Origin: Schmidtea nova
Lineage: Eukaryota
Assembly (NCBI GenBank): GCA_044892505.1
Contig: CM097882.1
Location: forward strand, 530,968,001 to 531,032,000
Length of the DNA stretch: 64,000 bases
Reading direction: 5' to 3'
The translations under genes were made by a program, and so were the position numbers. The notes under the pieces were generated by a model. The model was not told the origin of the DNA and ran no database searches. It worked only from the letters and a program-made list of their open reading frames with translations. Every line of letters starts with the position of its first letter. Within the stretch, counting starts at the first letter, position 1. Positions 14,029 to 28,530 of the stretch are shown here, in pieces.

Positions 14029-14590
14029 ATGGAATTAATAAATCATGCCGTTTATCAAATAGTAGGACCAAGCGGGAGTGTGAAAACCTTGTTTGTATGT
14101 AAATTATTACAATCCAACATGTTAAAATCGAAATTCAATAAAATTTATTGGCATAGGGGAGCCAATAAAGAATATGGATTAGAACATCTTTATTACAACA
14201 AGATGATGTTATAATTATCGATGATTTGTATCAGGAAGCCTATAAAAAAGATTTTAATAATTTATTTACAAAAATTAGTAGACACTTGAATGTTACAGTT
14301 CTTTTCACTACGCAGAATTTATTCCATCTAGGTGATAGTCATAGAACCCGGAATTTAAATGTACAACACTTGGTTATATTCAAAAACCCTAAATATGCAA
14401 CAATTGTTGATATTTTTGCAAGAAAGGCTTACCCTAATGATGGAAAATATTTACTTGATTCATTTCAAGATGCAACTAAATTTCCACACTGATATTTGTT
14501 TTTCGATTTTACACAACAATGTCCTGATGATCTACATATAAGAACTGATCTTTTCAATGAAAAAAGTATAACAGTTAATAAACAAAATTG
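14029..14590 (+). pseudogene. Maverick/Polinton A32-like genome-packaging ATPase (frameshifted)
   Basis: Walker A-like IVGPSGSVKT, Walker B IIIDDL (frame-shifted at ~14210-14230), and SRHLNVTVLFTTQNLF..RTRNLNVQHLVIFKNP, typical of Polinton ATPases. Confidence 0.85.
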
Positions 14591-14875
14591 AAATCATAAA
14601 ATGTAATTAATTAAAATGTCATTCAAAAACTGCATTGTTCAACCCGTTATTGGTAAAACCGATAAACAACAAAAAGTATTAAACAAGGCAAAGAAGATGT
14701 TATTACAGAAAATTTCATTAAAAAGAAGTCAAAGATCAAGAAATCAAACAAGAAATGAATTAAATTATAAACAAAACAAAGTTACAAAAAGTTGATAATA
14801 ATGAAAATTGAACGCAGTTTACAATATTTTAATGACTTGATAAAAGCTACAATTAATAAAAGTATGAAAAGTATG

Positions 14876-15677
14876 TGTTTCAGCCAAAGTTTGCCTGAGC
14901 AAACTTTGGCTATTTTTTGTGCGTGTTGTATTTTATTTTAATCTATCAGCGCCTGTGTGCGCTGCTGTCTTCTTTACCGCGTCTGTGTGCGCGTTCCTAG
15001 TTGGAGATGGAATTGGTATATGGTGGTAAATCTGATATTTTAGATTGGATTTAATTTAATTGATTTTTTGTAGATTTAATATTTTTTAGATTTCGTTGTT
15101 TTAATTTTTCAATGGATTTTTAATGGCAATTTAGTTTAATGGATTTGAATTTAGTTTCGATATTTGGAATTTTTATTGCTCGCTTCTTGTTTCTTAGATT
15201 TTTATGGATTGTTTATTCGCATGAATTCGAATTTTGATTTGGATTGAAATTCAAACGTTTAAGCCTCAAAGATATTGCAATTGACTATTCTTTTGTATTT
15301 GTTAGAATTATTTTGATTAATGTCTCAAGAAAATCTCAAATTATCGACAAAAGGAATATTGAAAATTAATTTAGATAATTCAGTTTCGATTTGGGTAATG
15401 AAGGAATTGTGCTTGTTTGTTGTGCCTCAAGTTTTAAACCCCGATTATGGTCTCTTTGAAATGTATCCTGAATCAAGACTCTGCTGGTTTAACAAAATGA
15501 TATTTGATGACGATTTAACCCAGTTTAATCTGATCGGTAGATTGTTTGGTCTTGCAATTTACAATAATTTTATGATTGATCCTCACTCTCCTCTTGTAAT
15601 GTTCAAAACATTGTCCAATGAAACGGCTATGCTAGATAATAAAATTCTCGAAACATTGTTGCGTTTTGTCAAAAACA
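14876..15677 (+). repeat. 5' LTR (802 bp) containing a HECT E3 ligase fragment (~15427-15612)
   Basis: Starts TGTTTCAGCC and ends GTCAAAAACA; no differences from 20305-21106 seen by eye. Encodes VLNPDYGLFEMYPESRLCWFN...FNLIGRLFGLAIYN (HECT N-lobe, HERC/UBE3A-like). Confidence 0.92.
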
Positions 15678-15681
15678 AAAA

Positions 15682-15699
15682 TGGTAGCAGAGCGTGGTT
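15682..15699 (+). promoter_or_regulatory. Primer-binding site, initiator tRNA-Met
   Basis: TGGTAGCAGAGCGTGGTT, 4 nt after the LTR end; complementary to the 3' end of animal tRNA-iMet. Confidence 0.88.
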
Positions 15700-15849
15700 C
15701 CCATCGGGGGACCACGTGCTTCTCGGAAAATGGACAATACTGTTCTGGCTATCCAGCCAGAACAAGGTACCTTTTCTTAATCTATGTTTTTGTAATATCT
15801 TTGTACATTATTTTGAACTTTATTATTGTAAATTTTTATCCTGGGTTAA

Positions 15850-17814
<1,965 letters not shown>

Positions 17815-17826
17815 AGAGGCTGTCTC

Positions 17827-20262
17827 TTGCAACAATTGTTAAAGAAATTGCCAGCTTCGCTACTTATTCGATGGAAAAGAGAGCAAGCGAAAGATGAAGG
17901 GGAAGAATCAATAACCCGGTTAAAAGAGTGGTTGCAAGGCGAAGCTGATCTTACGCGATCGACAAATGAGATATTATATGGATTTGGGCGTGAAAAAGAC
18001 TCTAATTGGCAGTACGGGCAGAAGAACTTCAAGGCTTCCGAAAAGAATGACAATAGAAGGTACTCACACTTTACGAACTCGGGCAATGAAGTAAAACAAA
18101 ACTCGAGTAAAGGTGGGGAAGGAATAATCATGCAACAAGGTCAAAGCAGGTCGATGTGTTTCCAATGTCCGGGTGCACATTATCTAGATCAATGCTCACA
18201 ATTCAAACAATTGCCAGTAAAGGACAGAAAAAAGTTAGTTCAAGAGTGGAGATTATGTTATAACTGCTTAAGAAAAGGACATGGAGTGAGAGAATGCACC
18301 AGACCAGGATTTTGTAAGGAAAAAGACTGTGGGGGAAAACATCATAGTTTGTTGCATAGTCGAAGAGAAAAGGAATCAGAAGAGGACAGCAATCAAAAAC
18401 CCCAAACACATGTTACTAGAATGGTTACAAATAGAAAGTCAAATGATATGGGTTACATAAGCCTCAGGACGATACCTATCATTTTAGAATCGAAGGGAAA
18501 AAGAATAACGGTCAACGCATTACTAGATGATGCAAGTACGGTTAGTTATGTTAGTATGTATGTGTCTAGAGAATTGCAATTATCAGGATCAAAAGTTAAT
18601 GTTCCAGTTAGAGTAATAGGAGGCAAAAGGGAAAATTTGGAGGCGCAGAGAGTCACAATGAACTTGATGAGTGTAGATGGTATGATGGTCAAAGAATTTC
18701 ATGCTTGGTCGGTAGCGAAGGTAACAAGTGATTTGCGAGTGACCGATTGGAAAAAAGCAAGTCAGAACTGGGACCATTTGAGACGAATCAGATTTGCAAC
18801 GGCTGGAAGTAGGTTATCGGTAGATGCGCTTCTTGGGGCTGACTATGCAGGTCTACAAAAAGCAATTAAAGAGATATGGGGACGTGAAGGAGAACCGATA
18901 GCTAGGTTAACTCCATTGGGATGGACTTGCATCGGGAAAGAACGATCAAGCATTCCGAGCTGTGGACAGACTCACTTCATCCAATCATATTTTACAACAA
19001 ATGAAGTGTTCCAACAACAGCTCCAGCGATACCAGGAAGTTGAAGAAACACATACAGAACACATGAGGTTTTGTCAAAATGAAGATAACATAATAAATGA
19101 TAACATATTTGGTAAAATGGATGACAGTAAAAGGACAGCCGAGAATAAAAGTTTGTTAATGGAGACTTGTCACAGAGAACAGTGTGAAGAGGAATGTATC
19201 GAGAGTTTTGCACCTAAAGCTCAGGAAGTAGTTCTTGGTGAGGTTCGGACTGGTGATGGTGACTTGAATTCAGGTCGAGGTGAGAATAGCGCAGCGAATA
19301 GTGGTGTGTCTAGTGAAAAGGTGGGTAACTCTGAGTCGGTTGATATTGCAAGCAAAGATGGAATAAATACTTCTTCAAACGATTTAGTGCAAGAAGTAAT
19401 GACGGAAATTGAACCTACAATGTCAGTAAAAAATGAGCAAGCAGTAAATGAATATAATTTTGAAGAAAACTGCATTGTCGATGAGAAAATTGTAGAAAAT
19501 ATTAACGATATTAAAGAAAACTGCATGGTCGATGAGAAAGTTGTGGGAAATATTAGCGATATTGAAGAAAATTGTAATTTTGAGGAAATTATTGGAGAGA
19601 ACTCTTTTAATGGTGAAAACATTAGGCAAGGAATAGTTGAAAATTCCAATGTTGATAAAAGGGACGAAGGAAAAGTTAATAAAAGTGAAACAAATCTAGA
19701 AGATAATGGAAAAGTTATAAAAAATGTCAGTATAAAATGTGAAAAAGTAGAAACGATTGAACTTATAAATTGCCCAGTTATAATTGCAGAGAAAACAGGT
19801 AGTGAGCAGTCAGCTTATCTTCCGATAGAAGGTAAAGATGCAATTAGTGGCAATAAAATGGAATCATTTGACAAAGTTGATCATGGTTCAACTGTTGATA
19901 ATGAAGTTCTTGTTGACAAGTCGGATTTAGTAACACGACTTCATTCAAAGATAGAAAATCTTGAAAGTAAAATAAAAACGGGCGAATTGGAATATAAAAG
20001 TGAAATTAAAAGGTTAGAAGAAAAGATAAAGAATTGTGCGGAAACTGAAGAAATGTCAGCAGTGGGAACGAGATATGTAAACAATATTAGCGATAAATTG
20101 GCAACAGTAAATTTGGAAATAAAAATGTCCATATGTTGGAGGAGGTGTATCCAGGATACCATGAGAGGATTATTGGCTGAAGAAAAGTTCAGGGAAAGAT
20201 ATAAATATAAGCCGAAGTGGAAGAATAAAGTTAGGAATTTGAAGGTTGGCCCCCAGAGATGA
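17827..20262 (+). CDS. BEL Gag C-half, zinc knuckles, aspartic protease, acidic unknown region and integrase C-terminal remnant; same frame as the previous ORF, separated by one TAG
   Basis: CFQCPGAHYLDQC and CYNCLRKGHGVREC..C...CGGKHHSLLH knuckles; NALLDDASTVSY protease; terminal CWRRC...KPKWKNKVRNLKVG resembles the BEL DUF5641 W.RW...R.KW....LKVG motif. Confidence 0.88.
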   Translation: MQQLLKKLPASLLIRWKREQAKDEGEESITRLKEWLQGEADLTRSTNEILYGFGREKDSNWQYGQKNFKASEKNDNRRYSHFTNSGNEVKQNSSKGGEGIIMQQGQSRSMCFQCPGAHYLDQCSQFKQLPVKDRKKLVQEWRLCYNCLRKGHGVRECTRPGFCKEKDCGGKHHSLLHSRREKESEEDSNQKPQTHVTRMVTNRKSNDMGYISLRTIPIILESKGKRITVNALLDDASTVSYVSMYVSRELQLSGSKVNVPVRVIGGKRENLEAQRVTMNLMSVDGMMVKEFHAWSVAKVTSDLRVTDWKKASQNWDHLRRIRFATAGSRLSVDALLGADYAGLQKAIKEIWGREGEPIARLTPLGWTCIGKERSSIPSCGQTHFIQSYFTTNEVFQQQLQRYQEVEETHTEHMRFCQNEDNIINDNIFGKMDDSKRTAENKSLLMETCHREQCEEECIESFAPKAQEVVLGEVRTGDGDLNSGRGENSAANSGVSSEKVGNSESVDIASKDGINTSSNDLVQEVMTEIEPTMSVKNEQAVNEYNFEENCIVDEKIVENINDIKENCMVDEKVVGNISDIEENCNFEEIIGENSFNGENIRQGIVENSNVDKRDEGKVNKSETNLEDNGKVIKNVSIKCEKVETIELINCPVIIAEKTGSEQSAYLPIEGKDAISGNKMESFDKVDHGSTVDNEVLVDKSDLVTRLHSKIENLESKIKTGELEYKSEIKRLEEKIKNCAETEEMSAVGTRYVNNISDKLATVNLEIKMSICWRRCIQDTMRGLLAEEKFRERYKYKPKWKNKVRNLKVGPQR

Positions 20263-20281
20263 ATAGGTCGGTTGATCCGCT

Positions 20282-20304
20282 AGAAGGGATCAAGGTGGGG
20301 GAAA
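20282..20304 (+). promoter_or_regulatory. Polypurine tract
   Basis: AGAAGGGATCAAGGTGGGGGAAA directly abuts the TG of the 3' LTR. Confidence 0.8.
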
Positions 20305-21106
20305 TGTTTCAGCCAAAGTTTGCCTGAGCAAACTTTGGCTATTTTTTGTGCGTGTTGTATTTTATTTTAATCTATCAGCGCCTGTGTGCGCTGCTGTCTT
20401 CTTTACCGCGTCTGTGTGCGCGTTCCTAGTTGGAGATGGAATTGGTATATGGTGGTAAATCTGATATTTTAGATTGGATTTAATTTAATTGATTTTTTGT
20501 AGATTTAATATTTTTTAGATTTCGTTGTTTTAATTTTTCAATGGATTTTTAATGGCAATTTAGTTTAATGGATTTGAATTTAGTTTCGATATTTGGAATT
20601 TTTATTGCTCGCTTCTTGTTTCTTAGATTTTTATGGATTGTTTATTCGCATGAATTCGAATTTTGATTTGGATTGAAATTCAAACGTTTAAGCCTCAAAG
20701 ATATTGCAATTGACTATTCTTTTGTATTTGTTAGAATTATTTTGATTAATGTCTCAAGAAAATCTCAAATTATCGACAAAAGGAATATTGAAAATTAATT
20801 TAGATAATTCAGTTTCGATTTGGGTAATGAAGGAATTGTGCTTGTTTGTTGTGCCTCAAGTTTTAAACCCCGATTATGGTCTCTTTGAAATGTATCCTGA
20901 ATCAAGACTCTGCTGGTTTAACAAAATGATATTTGATGACGATTTAACCCAGTTTAATCTGATCGGTAGATTGTTTGGTCTTGCAATTTACAATAATTTT
21001 ATGATTGATCCTCACTCTCCTCTTGTAATGTTCAAAACATTGTCCAATGAAACGGCTATGCTAGATAATAAAATTCTCGAAACATTGTTGCGTTTTGTCA
21101 AAAACA
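20305..21106 (+). repeat. 3' LTR (802 bp), second copy of the HECT fragment
   Basis: Direct repeat of 14876-15677; ORF 20749-21144 is identical to the start of 15320-16000. Confidence 0.92.
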
Positions 21107-23253
21107 GTATGCTTGTACAAGATCTAAAGAAGAAAATAATTTAGATCCTGATAGGTTATCGAGTAATTAAGATATGTTGGGCATATGGAAAGATTCTCTT
21201 TCTGTAATCTTATTCAGCTTTCGATAGTCTACGCACATTCTTATTGAGCCGTCTTTCTTTCCCACTACGACTAATGGGGAGCTCCATGGACTTTTACAGC
21301 GTCTTATAACTCCGGGATTTGTTAACTCTTATCATATCTTCAATTTTCTGTTCTAGATGCATCGGTTGTCGTCTTGGGAATTGCATTGTTGGATTCCCAG
21401 ATACATTAATTTCATGTTCAACGATTCTTGTGAATCCCAAATCAAATCTAGCTACCATAAATAATGACCTGAATTAATCTAATAATTTGTTAATTGTTGG
21501 CAATTCATTTTTTCCCAATTCATTTTTTGCTTTTTGTCTTCTCTCGTCATCAGTATAATTACTAATCTTTGTCTCGGATTCAATATTGTTAATTTCCATC
21601 AACTGCACTGCAAATGCTTTCACAGTATCTACCCCACCAATAAAACCTGGAAATATATTTTAATAACAATTATTTTGATAGACCTCATCTTATTTTGACA
21701 ATAAAAATTTGCTTCTGTACATCCCAGTGGTTTTTGAGTTCCTGGAAAAACTCCACATATTTTGATTTCACTGCTGCTTAACCGTGGACTGCCAATTTTA
21801 TTCCACGTTTCCTCATTCATCACTGTAATCGAAGCTCCAGAATCCCAAAACATCTCAATCTCAACATCATTTATCATCATCTTGCTCCATTCTCTTCCAT
21901 CTGATGTCACATACCTCATTCCTTCTACTCTGTCATTCTAATTTTCTTTCTTTCCAACTCCATTGACGAAATATATGCAATAGAATTCCTCGTGTTTTTT
22001 CCAGTTTCCACATCATGAATTGCATAATCAATAATTGATTCTCTGGTTTCTGCATCATCCGAGTAATTTCTTCCGTTTTCTTCATCATGCACACAAGCTA
22101 TAATTTTCTTGTTCTCATAGATCTGCTGTTCTTTCTTTCTTAATAAATAACAATCACAAAAATTACCACATATCAAACATTTATCTTTTAGTGGGCATTC
22201 ATATCTTCTATGCCCATATTCTCCACAGCAAAAACATTGACCTGACTGTAATTCGCCGTTTCTTGGATCAGGAAGACCTCTAAATCGATTGTATAATCTC
22301 TTGGCGATGTGTTTAAGCGAAACCGTTGGTGTACTTCTCTGCATATTCTGTTCGACTGTATGATTCATTTCGTTATTTCTGCCATTCGAATTATCTGGTA
22401 AATTCTCTCTTCTGTAATTTCCTTGGCTTCTTAATATATTGGTATTACTTCCATTTGTTTCTCCTGTAAACATTTCTGGATTCCTTCTCTTTGTTGCTTC
22501 TGCGTAACTACTATTTTTTATTACCATAATTTCTTCCGTCTTTTCTTTTGATTCCACTTTTTCGTAAATTTTGACAAGTTGATGTCGTTCTTCTGCGGTA
22601 ATCGTTGGTTTCACTGTTAGCGCTTCTTTTAATCTTCTGTCTCTGACTCGTCCAGTTATAATTTCATTGGCAATCTCCTCTACCCTCATTCCTGAATTAG
22701 TAACTTCATTCACTAATTTTAATACTCTGATTTCGAAGGATGCATATCTTTCATTTTCATCTTGTCTAATTGCAGCAAGTTCTTTAATCTTATCTATGAT
22801 AGTCAATTTAATTGTAAATGTTTCAGAAAACCATTCTTTAGTTGCATTATCTGTTGTCTTTTCTGTTTTGAAAATTTTCCACAGCGTAGCCACTTCGTTG
22901 CAAAGGAGAAAATCGAATGCTTCTGTTCTCTTCAAGTCATTTCTAGCGATCCAATCCTCAATTACCTGTATCCATTTTCCCGCTTGTTTAGTACATCTGC
23001 CGTCGTATCTTCTAATTTCCATATGCAAGAGTTATTGCGTATGTTTTGATAGTACGTCTCTTGCAGAGTTTTTCCCTTTTCTTCCATTCGTCATTGTGTG
23101 AACATTATCGGAGTAGTCGCCAGTTACAACACTCGGTTCAATCTATAGATTTATTATATATAAACATAGAGTGATCACACTTAAATAGTCATGTATATTG
23201 CACAATAACTAACACTGTGATTGAATTACGCAATATACTCTGAACTACTTCAC
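21107..23253 (-). mobile_element. Truncated Ty3/gypsy element: short putative 5' LTR, PBS, gag (21925-23028), protease (21629-21919) and RT N-terminus (21107-21480)
   Basis: PBS-like TGGCGACTACTCCG at 23109-23122 (-); Gag with CFCCGEYGHRRYEC knuckle; IEMFWDSGASIT protease; SPWSSPLVVVGKKDGSIRMCVDYRKLN..LDLVQAY RT, broken at the BEL insertion. LTR ends are imperfect. Confidence 0.85.
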
Positions 23254-23461
23254 ATTTGGTCTTTGGCCTCTATTGCAATATTATTACTTTTACTATTTTT
23301 AGTATCATTGTAGTGTGCTTGATATGAATTATTTTACTTGTATTAGTACAAATATGTTTACAAAAAGATGAACCGGAACATGAACCAGTAGGGCCAAGAC
23401 GTAAAAGAGGTAGAAAGCGTATAAACAATCGAATGAAAGGTCATGCAACTATATTTGAAGA

Positions 23462-24290
23462 ATGATTTGCGGTAAATCTGAATTATGTATTTTTGATCGA
23501 CCATCTCCCCATGCCGTTATTGAATATGGGGTGTTTGAAGATGTGTTTCCAATGAATTCTATCACAGATAGTAGAAATGATGTTGAATTTTACATTAACG
23601 GTTCTCAAACCGAATATTTAAATTTGAACGATACTTTATTATATTTTACTGTTAAAGTTGTAGATAAGGATAAAAATAAATTAGCTGATGCAAGTGATGT
23701 AGTACCTAATAATTACTTGTTTCATACTCTTTTCAAAGATGCAATTCTTGGATTTAATAATATAAAAGTTGAGGGTAGAAACAATACATACGCACACAAG
23801 GCAATTATCGAAACTATTTTAAATTATACGAGTGATGCAAAAGCAACCTGTCTTACTCTAATGAGATATGGTGCATCTGAAGATAGAAAAAAGTGGATTA
23901 AAGGGTTGAAACTTTTCAACATGTGTTTGTCATTACAACTTGATTTTATGGATGAACCTAAATATTTACTTCCCGGAGTTAATGTACATATTAGATCGAA
24001 ACGATCTGATTCTCCATTGTCATTGACATCTACAGCTGGGAAACCAATAATCCAATTAATAGACGCTAAATTAATGGTTCGAAGAGTTCGATGTGAATCT
24101 TCAGTATTGGCTGGACATCAAATTGGGTTAAATAACAAACATACAATTTATCCGATAAAATCAAAAGAAATTGTATCTTTTGCAATCGGTAAAGGGTCAT
24201 CATCATTTTACAAGGAGCAAATATTTAGATATATAAGAATGCCTAATTTCATTCTTGTAGCTTTTCAAACTGAAAATCAATATAATGAAT
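23462..24290 (+). pseudogene. Maverick/Polinton major capsid protein (double jelly-roll), truncated and fused in frame to the pPolB N-terminal region
   Basis: CGKSELCIFDRP....I......P.NS......VEFYI.G...EYLNLNDTLL matches the Polinton MCP N-terminus CxKSELDLF...IEF.I.G...Y.DL. After ~24300 the ORF switches to KGSNWTI..SFIETPKSLKN..LINVVNNDHFCFLYS (pPolB upstream domain). Confidence 0.8.
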
Positions 24291-24349
24291 TAAGTTTTAA
24301 CTATTATATCATACATTTATCTTCATATTTTTGTCTTAAGGTGGAATTT

Positions 24350-27300
24350 GAGAAATATGATGAGTTACAATCTTTCGTCATCTCAAATTCAACCAGAGTT
24401 TGGAGCGATACCTTCATTGACGAAGGTGTTTCAAATTTAAATGAAAAAATAGTCCAAACAAATGAAAAAGGTAGTAATTGGACTATCAGTAAAATTGAGT
24501 ACATAAGCTTTGTTCTCACTAAATCTTTCGAAATAAGTCGGTTAAGTGGCAATAGTTTTATTGAAACCCCAAAATCATTAAAAAACTTAAGCTGCCTTAT
24601 AAATGTAGTTAATAATGACCATTTTTGTTTCTTGTATAGTTTCCTATCAATTATTAAATATGAAAGTGTCAATAGGCAATATAGAAATCGTCGTACTTCC
24701 TACGATCTTTCTCAACTTAAATTTGACCACAATGATATGCCGATGAAACTTGCAAATATAAGTAAATTTGAACATCAAAATCCCGGCTAAAGTATTAATG
24801 TCCTTACTTATGACGAAAAGACCTTGATGGACATTTATGATAAAGATGCAGTTATGAATCACCATTTTATTGATATAATTTACCGAAGTAAGGTAGTAGG
24901 AGGAATACCTATAAAATTAAAAATAAGGATAATTATCACTATGTCGCAATCACAAATCTAAATAGATTCCTTAATTGTAGGAATAGTTCAATCACTCCTG
25001 TTAGAATTTGTAGCCAGTGGTGTCCTAGGTGTTTAAACGGTTTTAGAAATGATGAGTCTTTTAATAGGCATAGGGGTCTTTGTGATAAAAATTAGCTAGG
25101 TACTACCTTGTACACATTGCCCAAAAACAAATATCTCGAATTTACTGATTAGAAGAAAGCCGTCACTCCTCCCTTTGTTATTTAGGCTGACTTTGAGGCT
25201 ATCTTACCTAAGGACACCCGTTACTTTCAACATCACTTGCCAATTTCTGCTGGTTTGCTTCTTATTAATAATTTTACCGGTGTGAAAATTTATAAATCTT
25301 TCGTCAGTTTAGATTGCGCCAATCAATTTCTTAATGAAATTGAATTGGTAAGTAAACATAAAGTGACGCCGTTCTTTTACAAAAATTATCAGAACAAAAT
25401 GATAATTACCGACGCTAAACAATTAGATTTTGAAAAAAGCACATCATATTTTTTGTGCAATAAACATTTAGTTTGTCCAGTTAGAGACCATGACCATTTA
25501 CCGGTCTATTTCTTGGCGCAGCTTGCAAAGCTTGCAATATCTCAAGGCAAATTAGACATACCCTTCCTGTCATTTTTGATAATTTAAAGGGTTATGATCT
25601 ACATCATATCCTGAAATTTGGCCTTTCCAAATACCATTCCTGGAATATTAGTTGTATTCCTTTGACAAGCGAGTTCCTTAGTCTTTTTGCTAGGATTGAC
25701 TCCTTAACCGTTAAATTCATAGACTCTTATCAATTTTTCACCGAATCTTTAAATAATGCTGTCAAAACTTTCGTCTTTATCCTTGACCGAATCTGAATTT
25801 CAGGGTACAATAATGTTGGGTTTTATCTAAATTCAATTATTTTTCGTCGGTAATTCTGACTCCTCGCGTTCAGTAATCAATAACAAATAAGTCTCCCAAC
25901 GTATATTTGTTTAAAATGATCTGTACGACTTGTTTAAGATTTACAATCCACTCATTGTTCAACGTTTACCCGTCGATCAAATTCCCCTGCGGAATGCCCG
26001 GATTCTGTGCGATTTATAAAAATACAATCACCTTTACTTTTCTTTTTATTCCACTCTCCTGCTCTTCTGTATTCGATTCTTCCGGTTCAACTCAAATTTA
26101 CTCCTCTTTAACCCTTGTTGTTTACTTTTCCTATTCGTTTCTTTACGATCCCTATTACTTTTTGTCCTTCCTCTTTTAACTAATCTCGTTTTATTCGTGT
26201 CCCTACCTGAGGCTTAAACTGCCGATTGTTCTAAATTTGGATCTCCTTATATACTTGACTTAATCTGCGGATGATCAGTTTGATTAATGAGTTTTTGGGC
26301 CAAATTGCTTCTATCTGACATTGCTTGGAATATCGGTTCCTTTATTATTGTTTGATCAGTAACATTGATTAATTTCGTCCTTCTGGTGCTCCTTGATAAT
26401 GACCAATTTTCCGTTTATCCCCATTAATCCTACTGCCAAGATAATGGCCTCCTGAAATCCAATTTGTTTGTTCTTCTTTGTTTATCGAGCTCGGGTTTTC
26501 TTCACCACTCGGGTTCTCCATTGACCCCGGGCTTCCCATTAACTCGGGTTTTCTATTACCCAATTAATTAATTAATTAACGATTTTTTTTTGTTTTTAAA
26601 CATTTAAGTATTTTTTGACCCCTTCCCAACATTTTCTGACAAAGTAACACTAACCATCTTGTTCATCACTAAGCAACCTATACCTGTCCCGTTTTTCATA
26701 TTCAATTTCTATAAATTAAATACACATTAATTTTTTTCAGATTTGTACATTTTGTATTTCGTATCTGGCTGTACCCTTTCCCAACTCTACTTCCATCGTA
26801 ATTTCCTTTTCCGTGAATTTCAAGCTTGATCGCCATTTTACTTGTATTTTCTATTCAATTTACATTTAATTTTCATTAAAAATAATTTTAGTTTAGAGAC
26901 CTCAACAATAATAACAACAAAGGGAACTTTTCAATATGACACAGCGACTTCTTTCGAAGTTTTACAAAACACTCACCAGTTACCTCCTATTTGGAAAGAT
27001 GTGAAGCCAGATGAATATGAGACAGCTCAGAGAATTTGGCGTGAAACCTCATGAACATCGCTTTTTGATTACATGATGGTTTATTTAAAACTAGATATTT
27101 ACCTTTTAGCTGATTATTTTCAGCAATATAGAGCTAAGTCTATTGCCCATAACCGACTAGAACCATTAAATTTCTTAGAAATTCCAGGTATGTCTTGGCA
27201 TTCCGCTTTATTAACTTTTGACTCTCCAATTGAGCTCCTTATCGATATGGAGATGTAGAACTTTTTCGAGGGCGGTATCCGTGGCGGATTAACCTATGTG

Positions 27301-28530
27301 AATAAATGCTATGTAAAAACAGGCCCGGATACCGCATTGCTTTTTACATAGATATAAATAATTTATATGTTTGGGCTTTAGGTCAACCTATACCATGCAG
27401 TAACTTTGAATGGGTCAAAGATGACCACTTATTAAATGATATAATTGTTGAGTGCACAACGGTAGATTTAGATGTACTTCATTATGGTTATACCATAGAA
27501 GTGGATTTAGAAATACCAAGTCAATTCACGAAAAACTGGATGATCTTCCAGTTGCCTCTGAAAATATGTGTGCACTGGGTTCGAAAGTTGAGAAGCTGCT
27601 GCTTACGCACTATCCAAAGAGGATCTACGTTCTTCATTGGAGGCTTCTGCAGCTGTTTGTTAAATTAGGTGTTAAAATATCAAAAACACATCGAACAATA
27701 AAATTCACACAAGATAAAAGTTTTCAAAATTATATCAATACAAATACGGCTTTACGAGCAGCGTCGACAAATAAATTAGATAAAAACCTTTATAAATTAC
27801 TTAACAACAGTCTTAACGGGAAGACTGTTGAAAATCTTAAAAAACGTATAAATTTGCGTTTATGCAATTCATCACAGAAGTTAATGACTTACTGCTCCAA
27901 AACCGACTTTCCGTAAAACCACTAAAATCGGCAATGACTTGATTTCTGTTTTGTTAAGGAAGGAATCAGTGTGTTTGGATAGACCTAGTTACATTGGTCA
28001 AACAGTATTAGATTTATCCAAACTTAGGATGTACCAGCTGCAGTATGAAGAGTTGCAAAAATATCGTGACGACTTCCACTGCGAAATTAATATCGTTGCT
28101 GGGGACACTGATTCATTCTTTTTGGAAATTAAAAATCTTTCGTTAGATATACTTTTACGGGCGATGATCAGGGACAATCTTCTTGACACTTCGAATTATG
28201 ACCCAAATCATCCTTTATACAGTAGGAACCTTGATTCTGTCATTGGAAAGTTCAAAGACGAGAATAAAGGGCTAATGTATGAAGAGTGGGTACTAAGTAA
28301 GTCCTAAGTTTTATAGTTTAATGGGTGATGAGGCATGTAGGAAAGCTAAAGGGATTAACATTAAAGATATTGGATTAACACATCAGTCATATCTTGATTG
28401 TTATTTAAATAATAAAATATATACTGTCCTCCAGTTTAGAATAACTAGTAAGAACTACCAGTATAAAAAATAATAAGAGGGTCTTGACTTGTAAGGACGA
28501 CAAGCGTAATTGGATTGATAAAAATAAAAG
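24350..28530 (+). pseudogene. Maverick/Polinton protein-primed DNA polymerase B, fragmented and interrupted by a ~1.1-kb unrelated insert (~25780-26860)
   Basis: VRDHDHL, HNLKGYDLH, KGTFQY, YLKLDIYLLAD, EGGIRGG, YIDINNLY, NSLNGKTVEN, AGDTDSF, GKFKDE and DDKR motifs occur in order across several frames. Confidence 0.88.

Noticed and set aside
25780-26860. Pyrimidine-rich insert with CTCGGGTT repeats inside pPolB
   Set aside because: It resembles an LTR-element leader in composition, but no LTR, PBS or TSD could be defined.
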